Source of the DNA: an uncultured Acidobacteriota bacterium
GTDB taxonomy: Bacteria > Acidobacteriota > Blastocatellia > Pyrinomonadales > Pyrinomonadaceae
Length of the DNA: 64,000 nt
Direction: 5' to 3'
Assembly: GCA_963790745.1 (NCBI GenBank)
Contig: CAWBPY010000001.1
Coordinates: 91,925-155,924 of the forward strand
In this document: piece by piece, positions 57,375-64,000 of the stretch
Numbering within the stretch: position 1 is the first letter of the stretch
Layout of the letters: every line of letters begins with the position of its first letter
Notes under the pieces: generated by a model
What the model was told of the DNA's origin: nothing
Database searches by the model: none
What the model saw: the letters and a program-made list of their open reading frames with translations, nothing else
Program-made: the position numbers and the translations under genes

Positions 57375-57641
57375 CGGGAATAGCGGCTAGACGGCTATTC
57401 GCCGAAGGGAGGATAACGGCATGGCCAAGATTACCTCTTGGTTAATGTAAGTCCTCCTACGCTTCACCAGTTCGGCATCCCTGACCGAGGGATACATTAG
57501 CGGTCTGTTGCGGGTAGAAATGCAACAGCTTCGCGCCGAGAAGGAATGCGGGCCAACCCGAAAAGGCAGTTGGCATCGCGGTGAGGTATGGCACGGTCGG
57601 TCACAAGAAGCTGCTCAGTTTGGGCGGCTTCTTTGTTTTTT
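57375..57641 (+). ncRNA. candidate structured noncoding transcript or leader
   Basis: TATAAT at 57363-57368. No ORF of 60 aa or more on either strand. Several 6-7 bp hairpins. SD AAGGGAGGA with a 9-codon ORF, and an anti-SD TCCTCC downstream. Terminator 57605-57641 (10-bp stem, TGTTTTTT). Confidence 0.35.
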
Positions 57642-57664
57642 GATCTTCACTTAACGATTATATC

Positions 57665-57693
57665 TTGCACAGATGAAACAATGTGTCTATAGT
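57665..57693 (+). promoter_or_regulatory. family X promoter
   Basis: TTGCAC (57665-57670), 17 nt, TATAGT (57688-57693). Confidence 0.65.
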
Positions 57694-57788
57694 GGGCAGC
57701 CTCAAATGAAGCGGGCTGGCAAGTGTTACTAGCACTCACCAGCCCTACACAATCAATTCCTAATCGGTTAAAGAGAAAGGAACTGACT

Positions 57789-58166
57789 ATGCAAATCAAT
57801 GTTACCACGGACATCACGGAAGATGATCCGATCCCCGGTCCACTTGTAGAACGCGACCTATGGGAACAAGCCTTTGAGCCGTTCGAGGGAGAGCATTACG
57901 CGGCGCTCAGGCTCGGATTTAATTTCGCGATGCTTCGGAACTACTTCGAAGGTCAACTAATCAAGCCTCCGGCAGTAATGGAGTCACTTGATCTGGCGAT
58001 GGAAGTGCTATTCGGATATTCCGAGTTTCACGACGCATCATTTAACCTGTTCATCCGACTGACTGAGGGCAAGCTAACTCGTGAGGAAGAACAGATGCTA
58101 AACGCGCTGGCATTAAGACGTTCTAATATCTGGCGCTTGCCTAAAGGTTCGCCGTTTGCAAAATGA
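57789..58166 (+). CDS. family X small protein with an altered C-terminus
   Basis: Almost identical to 38498-38836, except for a 1-nt deletion (CTGGCATT versus CTGGGCATT, about 58108) that replaces GIKTF with ALRRSNIWRLPKGSPFAK. Confidence 0.6.
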   Translation: MQINVTTDITEDDPIPGPLVERDLWEQAFEPFEGEHYAALRLGFNFAMLRNYFEGQLIKPPAVMESLDLAMEVLFGYSEFHDASFNLFIRLTEGKLTREEEQMLNALALRRSNIWRLPKGSPFAK

Positions 58167-58276
58167 TTTATTAGGCAAACGGAGGAATTTTTAGGCAAAC
58201 GCGATTTATTAGGCAAAGCCCGGTCCAACGGCTTTGCCTCAATAACAGCTTTTGCCTCAAAAAGCATATTGACCGA
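58136..58276. repeat. island hairpin-iteron module, copy 4 (inverted twin of copy 1)
   Basis: TTAGGCAAA at 58171, 58191 and 58209. Hairpin 58211-58239 (loop CGGTCCAAC). TTTGCCTCA at 58233 and 58251. CTTGCCTAA at 58136. Confidence 0.85.
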
Positions 58277-58317
58277 GTGGCGCTCGCTGCTCCCGACCTG
58301 TTTAAAGGGGGCGACTA

Positions 58318-59412
58318 ATGCCGCATAATCTGCGGCATGAGCCGCTATCGCGTAAACGATTCGGAAAGAGGCGTCGCGTGACCTTAATTGCTGCGTTCTG
58401 GTGCGACATAAACGGTTATCCCGGTGTCGTTGTGTGCGCCGATAGTCAAGAGGTTTACCAAGATCATCGGGTGACGGTGGATAAGATCGAACCGCGCAAC
58501 GCCGGAGCCTACGACTTAATTATCGGCGGATCGGGAAACTTCGGGCCGTTAATTGACAGGCTCGCCGAAGTTATCGAAAAAGAAGTGTCAACTTGGCCTG
58601 CGGGTTTAGACGAAGACTCATGTAAGGAGCGAGTGGAGTTAGTCTCATCTGCTTTTCATACGTCTCACGTTGATCCGTATCAGGCTAGTGACGAAGAAAA
58701 GGACATGAGTTTTTTAATTTGCGTCCGTGACAAGTCTTCATCTCAGATTCATTTATGGCGGCTAGACGAGGTATCAGCAAAGACTATTTCTACTTATGAT
58801 GTTATAGGCTGCGGTGAGTCTCTTTATAAATACGAAGCCAACAAGCTATATGGAGACGGTGTTAACGCATCGCAGGCCGCCATGATCGGACTTCACTTAC
58901 TTTCACTTGGCAAAGCAACAACTCATTACATTGATGCTCCGTTTCAAGTGCTCACCGCTCATAAGGACGGCATTCTTATTGAGAACCCGCAACGTATTGC
59001 CGCGCTGGAAGAAAAAGTCAGGGAAACCGATCAAGCACACGATAACCTTTTGAGGTCCGCCTATGACGTAGCCGCCTCACCAGACTCTATTGAGAGAGCG
59101 TTAATGCAGTTTGGGGATGAGGTCCGATCCCTCCGCGAGCAAGCACAATCCGTATTTGACTCAACCCTGATTCATGGGGCCAAGATGCTTACATCTGCAA
59201 GGCGGCAACTTCTTCTCAATGTAAATCAGAGCGCAAAGGGAATGCTTGCCGCAGTGACTATTAACAGTGCCTTATACGAGGAAGGGTTTTACGGAGAAAA
59301 GGGCAGCCCCGAAGCTATTCGCCTTCGGCAAAAGATCGCGTCGGCAATACATAGCGCAAATGAGCAGCTAATTGAAGTCATTACTATGACTGCAAACCTT
59401 CCGAAAGACTGA
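58318..59412 (+). CDS. proteasome-beta/HslV-like Ntn-hydrolase domain fused to a helical C-terminal domain
   Basis: 364 aa; RRRV-TLIAAFWCDINGYPGVVVCADSQEV..., LIIGGSGNFGPLIDRL, YDVIGCGESLYKYEANKLY, SQAAMIGLHLLSLGKATTHYIDAPFQVLTAHKDG align by eye with proteasome beta/HslV blocks. The last ~150 aa look coiled-coil-like. Confidence 0.5.
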   Translation: MPHNLRHEPLSRKRFGKRRRVTLIAAFWCDINGYPGVVVCADSQEVYQDHRVTVDKIEPRNAGAYDLIIGGSGNFGPLIDRLAEVIEKEVSTWPAGLDEDSCKERVELVSSAFHTSHVDPYQASDEEKDMSFLICVRDKSSSQIHLWRLDEVSAKTISTYDVIGCGESLYKYEANKLYGDGVNASQAAMIGLHLLSLGKATTHYIDAPFQVLTAHKDGILIENPQRIAALEEKVRETDQAHDNLLRSAYDVAASPDSIERALMQFGDEVRSLREQAQSVFDSTLIHGAKMLTSARRQLLLNVNQSAKGMLAAVTINSALYEEGFYGEKGSPEAIRLRQKIASAIHSANEQLIEVITMTANLPKD

Positions 59413-59420
59413 TGACTTCA

Positions 59421-59612
59421 CTAGGTGCTCTTTGGTTTCTTAGCGCGGGCTTGCTTCTCTCTATACCGTTCCCACCGAGCCGCTACAGCCTGTCTGGCGC
59501 TCTCACTGCGTTCCTCTGCTGTCATGTTCGCCGCCCGTGCTAGACCGCCCTTCCTAGCGCCTCTACGCCCCAAAGCGACCGCCGCCGCATTCTTTTTCTT
59601 TTGTCTTGGCAT
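59421..59612 (-). CDS. small basic protein (63 aa, KGG-like motif)
   Basis: MPRQKKKNAAAVALGRRGARKGGLARAANMTAEERSESARQAVAARWERYREKQARAKKPKST. The ATG lies 7 nt after a TATAAT box, so the mRNA may be leaderless. Confidence 0.5.
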   Translation of the reverse strand: MPRQKKKNAAAVALGRRGARKGGLARAANMTAEERSESARQAVAARWERYREKQARAKKPKST

Positions 59613-59619
59613 AGTTGCA

Positions 59620-59688
59620 ATTATACGTGCCCGCCTTCGTAGAAGTCAACCATTTGCCTTGACTTATACGTACCCGCGCACGTATAAT
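59620..59688. promoter_or_regulatory. back-to-back consensus promoters with shared TTATACGT operator-like boxes
   Basis: Leftward: TTGACT (59644-59649), 18 nt, TATAAT (59620-59625). Rightward: TTGACT (59659-59664), 18 nt, TATAAT (59683-59688). Palindrome TTATACGT-N8-ACGTATAA (59664-59687) plus TTATACGTG at 59621. Confidence 0.55.
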
Positions 59689-59700
59689 GTCGGTATAGAA

Positions 59701-61088
59701 CAAAGGCCCTAGCGGCGCTAACCACTAAGGCCCTTTTTGAAAATCAAACGCGATTGCTCACGAGTGACTTCCATCAACTTCATTGTGAGCCAGTCGCCAC
59801 AGGAAGGCAAGGACACAATGACAGACACAACCCAACAGCAACTCACAGAACGCGAAATCAAAGCGTTGCAGATCGCTGCCAAGTCAAAACTCACCCGCAA
59901 GGGCAATCTTTGGTTAGTTCCATCGCAAGCCGGACACGGCGAATACCAGGTTAATCCCGATCCTGATTCTCCAAACTGTACTTGCCCTGACCACGAATTC
60001 ACGCAGTTACGCTGCAAGCACATTTACGCTGTCGAGTACGTGTTAGAGCGTGAGACTACCGCAGACGGTCAGACGGTTGTCACCGAGACGGTGAAGGTCA
60101 CGCGCAAGACCTATAGCCAGAATTGGCCCGCGTACAATGCCGCTCAGACGCAAGAGAAATCGCAACTGCAAGCCTTGCTCTACGAACTGTGCAGAAACCT
60201 TCCCGAGCCTGAGCAGCATCGCGGCAGACCGCGCTTGTCGCTGGCTGACATCATTTTCGCCAGCACGTTCAAGATTTACTCCACCGTTTCAGGTCGCCGC
60301 TTTCAGAGTGATTTACAGGAAGCAAAACGACGCGGTTTTCTCTCAAAGATGCCATCCTATAATTCAGTGTTTCGCTACTTGGAAGCGGAGTCATTGACAC
60401 CTTACCTGTACGAGCTAATTAAACTGAGTGCGCAGCCGCTCAAATCGGTTGAGACAGATTTTGCGGTTGATAGTTCTGGGTTCAGCACTGGACAGTTTAT
60501 GCGCTGGCTGGATGTCAAATACGGCAAGCTAGAAGATCGGCGCATGTGGATCAAGGTACATTTGATGTGCGGGGTCAAGACAAACGTGGTTACGTCAGTT
60601 GAAATCAGCGACGGTTACGCAAACGATCACGGCTACTTCAAACCTTTGGTTGAGGCTGCCGCTGAAAACGGTTTCACGTTGAAAGAAGTATCAGCCGACA
60701 AAGCGTATTTGAGCGGAGAGAATCTATTAACGACTTTGCGGCACAAGGCCATCCCGTACATCCCGTTTAAGTCAAACTCCAAAGCACAGACCAACTATGG
60801 TCCTAAGTCAACGCTCTGGACTCGGATGCTCAGTTTCTACAATGACAACCGCGAAGAGTTTTTGACGCACTATCACAAGCGGTCCAACGTGGAAACCACT
60901 TTCCACATGATCAAAGCAAAGTTTGGGCAGCGACTTCGCAGCAAGACTCTGACCGCACAAGTAAACGAAGCACTTTGCAAGGTGCTCTGTCATAATTTGT
61001 GTGTGGTCATACAATCGGTTCACGAGCTGGGGATCGAAGCGGATTTCTCAAGTGAGGAAGCGGCCTAAGGTAAAGCGCCCGTACTTTG
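59701..61088 (+). mobile_element. SWIM-DDE IS copy B (apparently intact, more divergent)
   Basis: Starts at CAAAGGCCCTAGCGGCGCTAACCACTAAGGCC (terminal hairpin) and ends at ...GCGCCCGTACTTTG. Borders are approximate. Confidence 0.65.
59818..61068 (+). CDS. DDE transposase with an N-terminal SWIM zinc finger
   Basis: 416 aa from MTDTTQQQL; CTCPDHEFTQLRCKH, FAVDSSGF, EVSADKAYLS, YHKRSNVETTFHMIKAKFG. Confidence 0.8.
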   Translation: MTDTTQQQLTEREIKALQIAAKSKLTRKGNLWLVPSQAGHGEYQVNPDPDSPNCTCPDHEFTQLRCKHIYAVEYVLERETTADGQTVVTETVKVTRKTYSQNWPAYNAAQTQEKSQLQALLYELCRNLPEPEQHRGRPRLSLADIIFASTFKIYSTVSGRRFQSDLQEAKRRGFLSKMPSYNSVFRYLEAESLTPYLYELIKLSAQPLKSVETDFAVDSSGFSTGQFMRWLDVKYGKLEDRRMWIKVHLMCGVKTNVVTSVEISDGYANDHGYFKPLVEAAAENGFTLKEVSADKAYLSGENLLTTLRHKAIPYIPFKSNSKAQTNYGPKSTLWTRMLSFYNDNREEFLTHYHKRSNVETTFHMIKAKFGQRLRSKTLTAQVNEALCKVLCHNLCVVIQSVHELGIEADFSSEEAA

Positions 61089-61181
61089 AGGCATCGGTTA
61101 TAATCATCGCCGATGCCTTTTGATCTACGTCTCAGTCTAAGCGTATTCTCTCAGCATTTATCTTACGAAGGAGTGTTTACA

Positions 61182-61652
61182 ATGGCGTGGTATCACGATG
61201 AATGGAATAAACAAAACGAGCTTGAACAATCAGAGGCGCACAAGGAACGCGTCATTCAACAATCCAATTTTTGGGCCACTCTCCAGCGTCAAATTGATCA
61301 AGATGTAGCGGGCATCAATGATTCGCCGTGGAAAGAGAGATTAGCGGGGCACCCGCTTACCGCGCAATACTCAAAGGGTATCGGCGGCGATTATGTAATC
61401 CGCAAGCCGAGCCATCCACAAGCGGCCATCACGTTGCGCAATCAGGCAGACCATATTCAGCTTGAGCGCCACTTTGCAGACATCCGTGGTGTTGAACAGT
61501 ATCCGGCAAAGGAGCGACTCACCGTCGTAAGCGACGGCAAGCACGTCTACATCCAAACAGAGGGAAACAAACGACTGGGTGTACCGGAAGAGGCTGCGCA
61601 GTACATCCTAAAGCCGATGCTTCAATTGCTAAAAACCGCAACACTGGATTAG
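61182..61652 (+). CDS. hypothetical protein (156 aa)
   Basis: ATG at 61182 after GAAGGAG (ORF 61113-61652). No recognisable domain. Confidence 0.45.
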   Translation: MAWYHDEWNKQNELEQSEAHKERVIQQSNFWATLQRQIDQDVAGINDSPWKERLAGHPLTAQYSKGIGGDYVIRKPSHPQAAITLRNQADHIQLERHFADIRGVEQYPAKERLTVVSDGKHVYIQTEGNKRLGVPEEAAQYILKPMLQLLKTATLD

Positions 61653-61690
61653 ATTTTTTCTGGTAAACGTCACTTTTCGAGCAAAGCCCC

Positions 61691-61719
61691 TTGCACCGAT
61701 GAAACAATGTGTCTATAGT
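61691..61719 (+). promoter_or_regulatory. family X promoter
   Basis: TTGCAC (61691-61696), 17 nt, TATAGT (61714-61719). Confidence 0.65.
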
Positions 61720-61817
61720 GGTTGGCCTCAAAAAGAAGCGGGCTGGAAAGTGCTACTAACACTCACCAGCCCTTACACAGCCAATTCCTAACACGGTTAA
61801 GCAGAAAGGAACTGACC

Positions 61818-62156
61818 ATGCAAGTAAATGTTACCACGGAAATAACGGAAGAAGATCCGATCCCGAACCCGCTCGTAGAACGCGACCTTTGGGAACAAGC
61901 CTTTGAGCCGTTCGAGGGAGAGCATTACGCGGCCCTCAGGCTCGGATTTAATTTTGCGATGCTTCGGAAGTATTACGACACGCGGCTGATCAAGAGTGCT
62001 CCGGTGATCGAGTCACTTGAGATCGCGATGTACGTGCTGTTCAAGTATTCGGAATTTCACGACGCATCCTATGACCTGTTCATCCGACTAACTGAGGGTA
62101 AACTCACGCATGAGGAAGAACAGATGCTGAAGGGGCTGGGCATTACGAAGTTCTAA
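61818..62156 (+). CDS. family X small protein (112 aa)
   Basis: MQVNVTTEITEEDPIPNPLVERDLWEQAFEPFEGEHYAALRLG...LTHEEEQMLKGLGITKF. Confidence 0.6.
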   Translation: MQVNVTTEITEEDPIPNPLVERDLWEQAFEPFEGEHYAALRLGFNFAMLRKYYDTRLIKSAPVIESLEIAMYVLFKYSEFHDASYDLFIRLTEGKLTHEEEQMLKGLGITKF

Positions 62157-62223
62157 ATTCGGTCCTTTCCCTCAAATCAGGTTGGCCGCTAATCGCGGCG
62201 CGAAGATCGGTCAACTTGATTTT

Positions 62224-62273
62224 TGAGGCAAAAGACGGTGTTTAGACCTTTTTGAGGCAAAGCCCGGTCCAAC
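62224..62273. repeat. island hairpin-iteron module, copy 5 (truncated after the loop)
   Basis: TGAGGCAAA at 62224 and 62253. AGGCAAAGCCCGGTCCAAC (62255-62273) is followed by unrelated sequence instead of the right arm. Confidence 0.8.
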
Positions 62274-62347
62274 ATAATATGTATTATCAGACGCAATAAG
62301 TATGCGCTTAAGCGTGATGGTGTGAGCGTCATCTCTGCGGTAATTCC

Positions 62348-63685
62348 CTAAGGCTCAGGGGCGTAGTAGGACTTGCGACTGGTGATGACGTATTCCGGGT
62401 GGCCCTTTACTTCGATCTTTATGCGGCGTCGTTTGCCGTCGCGGTTCTTATTAGTGGGGTAGTAGCCGATGATGTAGCGCTGGTTGAGGTCGGCGATAAT
62501 GCGGTTGTAGATGTTTGCCGTTTGCGATTGGGTTTCCAGGAAGTCGGCCCAGCCGCCTGAGAGTTGGGCTAGGTCGACTAAGGCTTGCTGCACTTTAAGC
62601 TCCTGGTCCAGCCGCGCCTTAATCAATTCCGGAGTGAGTTTACGGCGACGTTCTTCCTGACGTTTCTGGAAAGCTTCTTTTCCTTTCGACGACGCCTCCG
62701 CCCAGGCGCCAATTGCTCGGTCGTCATCCTCATTTAATCGTTTAAGTTGTTCGCCCTGCGAAAGCTCGAGCAAACGCATGCGCGGAATGATGGAATAAAT
62801 CGTGACTTGCGATTTCTCTGCCCGACGATACACATCGTCGAGACTAAACTCCGTCATGCTGGTGCGCTGCAGCCGTCGTTTCTGCTCGATCTGTTCCTGC
62901 ACTTCTCGAACCAACTCGGGCGGCAAATCCGGCGGCACTTCATAAACGATGAGTGAGTTACGCAGGTATTCGAGTTCGTCCCCATCGGTTTGAAACACGA
63001 TGATGGGGTTTTGATCTTCTTCGTCGAACGCTTCATTCAGCGTGGCCATTAATGCACTGTATTGCGCGCTGCGACCGAATTTTGGCCGCTTCCCGCCCAC
63101 ACCAAGAAACCCGCCCTTGCCACGAGTTCTGTCCAGCAGTGACTCCAGTCCCTTTCGCAACTCTTGTTTGTTGTTGGTAAAGTCGACCAAAAGTTCGACA
63201 TCGTCAGTAACAATTGCCATCCGATCATATGGTCCAAGTTTATCGACGAACCCCTTCGCGGCTTCGATACTGTCAGCGATATATGGAAACTGACTGCGAC
63301 TGTAGTCGATGATCAAGACGATCGAACGTGGAAGACTCGTGTTGTTCCCGAGCACAAAGTGACCAACCTGCTGCGCCACACCATCCTCGCTAACTTCGAA
63401 GTCAGTTGCAGAGAGATTCCGGATCGGGCGTCCCTGACGATCAGTCACCAACACGTCCGAGGTTACGAGCGAGGTTTCGATGCGAATGACATCGTCATCT
63501 GTAGCATCACGACTTCCCTGCTCGTTGATCACTGCCTGCTTTTTCTCAGGATCCCATTTGAGTTTCTTCAGGCTGGAACCGAAGTCTTTGAGTGCCGGTT
63601 TTTCTCGCGACTGAGATTGCGCAAATGCATTGGTGGATACACCAATGACGGTTGAGACGATGAGAGATAGAAGAAGGACTCGCAT
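62348..63685 (-). CDS. secreted VWA domain protein (acidobacterial VWFA-related type)
   Basis: ORF 62348-63841; likely start MRVLLLSLIVSTVIG at 63685. MIDAS-like VLIIDYSRSQ and VFQTDGDE; C-terminal YIIGYYPTN...GKRRRIKIEVK as in 2383-3303. Confidence 0.75.
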   Translation of the reverse strand: MRVLLLSLIVSTVIGVSTNAFAQSQSREKPALKDFGSSLKKLKWDPEKKQAVINEQGSRDATDDDVIRIETSLVTSDVLVTDRQGRPIRNLSATDFEVSEDGVAQQVGHFVLGNNTSLPRSIVLIIDYSRSQFPYIADSIEAAKGFVDKLGPYDRMAIVTDDVELLVDFTNNKQELRKGLESLLDRTRGKGGFLGVGGKRPKFGRSAQYSALMATLNEAFDEEDQNPIIVFQTDGDELEYLRNSLIVYEVPPDLPPELVREVQEQIEQKRRLQRTSMTEFSLDDVYRRAEKSQVTIYSIIPRMRLLELSQGEQLKRLNEDDDRAIGAWAEASSKGKEAFQKRQEERRRKLTPELIKARLDQELKVQQALVDLAQLSGGWADFLETQSQTANIYNRIIADLNQRYIIGYYPTNKNRDGKRRRIKIEVKGHPEYVITSRKSYYAPEP

Positions 63686-63713
63686 TGCGTCGCTAAGAGA
63701 ACTGAGTGCTCGA

Positions 63714-64000
63714 TCACATACCAGCTTCAGCGTGGTTGCGCAAGACGTCGAGAAAAGCTGCGGCGGCGGGAGAAAAGTTTGCGCCGCGACGGTGGGCAGC
63801 CCAGAGTGTGCGGTTGTGAGTAAGACCTCGGACCGGCACACTCACCAAAACTCCTCGCTCCAACTCTTCCTTCACACACATACGTGGTACAAACGCCAAC
63901 CCCACTCGCTTCTGCACGAACCGCTTAATAGTCTCGATCGTCGCAAGCTCGATAGTAATGTTTAGCGGTGTGTGTTGTCTGGCAAACGCTTCGATGACTT
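63714..64000 (-). CDS. LysR-family regulator, C-terminal part (gene continues beyond the window)
   Basis: The frame is open to the window edge: ...PLNITIELATIETIKRFVQKRVGLAFVPRMCVKEELERGVLVSVPV... Confidence 0.6.
   Translation of the reverse strand, partial: VIEAFARQHTPLNITIELATIETIKRFVQKRVGLAFVPRMCVKEELERGVLVSVPVRGLTHNRTLWAAHRRGANFSPAAAAFLDVLRNHAEAGM

Noticed and set aside
57375-57641. Retron msr/msd, or guide RNA of a TnpB/IscB or IS110-type element
   Set aside because: There is no reverse transcriptase, TnpB/IscB or IS110-type recombinase gene in the window. I kept it only as an unclassified candidate RNA.
57421-57654. Reading MAKITSWLM-stop-VLLRFTSS... as one gene with an in-frame TAA (pseudogene or readthrough)
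   Set aside because: The downstream frame is Arg/Gly-rich, runs through the terminator stem and resembles no protein I know. There is too little evidence to call it a decayed CDS.
36918-62273. Integron or prophage interpretation of the island
   Set aside because: There is no IntI-type or other tyrosine/serine recombinase. The modules do not resemble attC sites. There are no capsid, tail, terminase or lysis genes.

Overview
The window looks like a chromosomal segment from an Acidobacteriota-type bacterium. This is an inference from VWFA-type secreted proteins and many short palindromic intergenic repeats; no database search was possible. About 1-35 kb is housekeeping: arginase, ddl, mltG, ruvX, S41 protease, acyl-CoA carboxyltransferase, transaldolase, hslVU, recO, a fused lptF/G-type permease, ahcY-metK, a GAF-PAS histidine kinase and a PLD-family enzyme. 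These genes are interspersed with at least six families of short hairpin repeats. About 36.9-62.3 kb is a mosaic accessory island with no recognisable integrase, tRNA gene, CRISPR array or phage structural genes. The island holds three full and three truncated copies of a SWIM-zinc-finger/DDE transposase, plus one IS21-family element with a 7-bp target duplication that splits a gene. It also holds a chimeric orphan N6-adenine methyltransferase caught between two inverted transposase stubs, and two HTH-ImmA/IrrE fusion regulators with unknown partner genes. Other contents are a four-gene DUF488 operon, a proteasome-like Ntn-hydrolase fusion protein, and repeated small zinc-ribbon regulator genes with conserved promoters. 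A four-member family of small proteins (called family X here) has a promoter and leader that are better conserved than its coding sequence. The most unusual signal is a quasi-palindromic module of about 130-160 bp: phased T(T/G)AGGCAAA 9-mers around a conserved hairpin. It occurs five times, cuts the island into 4-7 kb blocks, has a loop that is flipped or duplicated between copies, and has half-copies at both island borders. All functional calls rest on motifs read by eye. Start codons and repeat borders are approximate.
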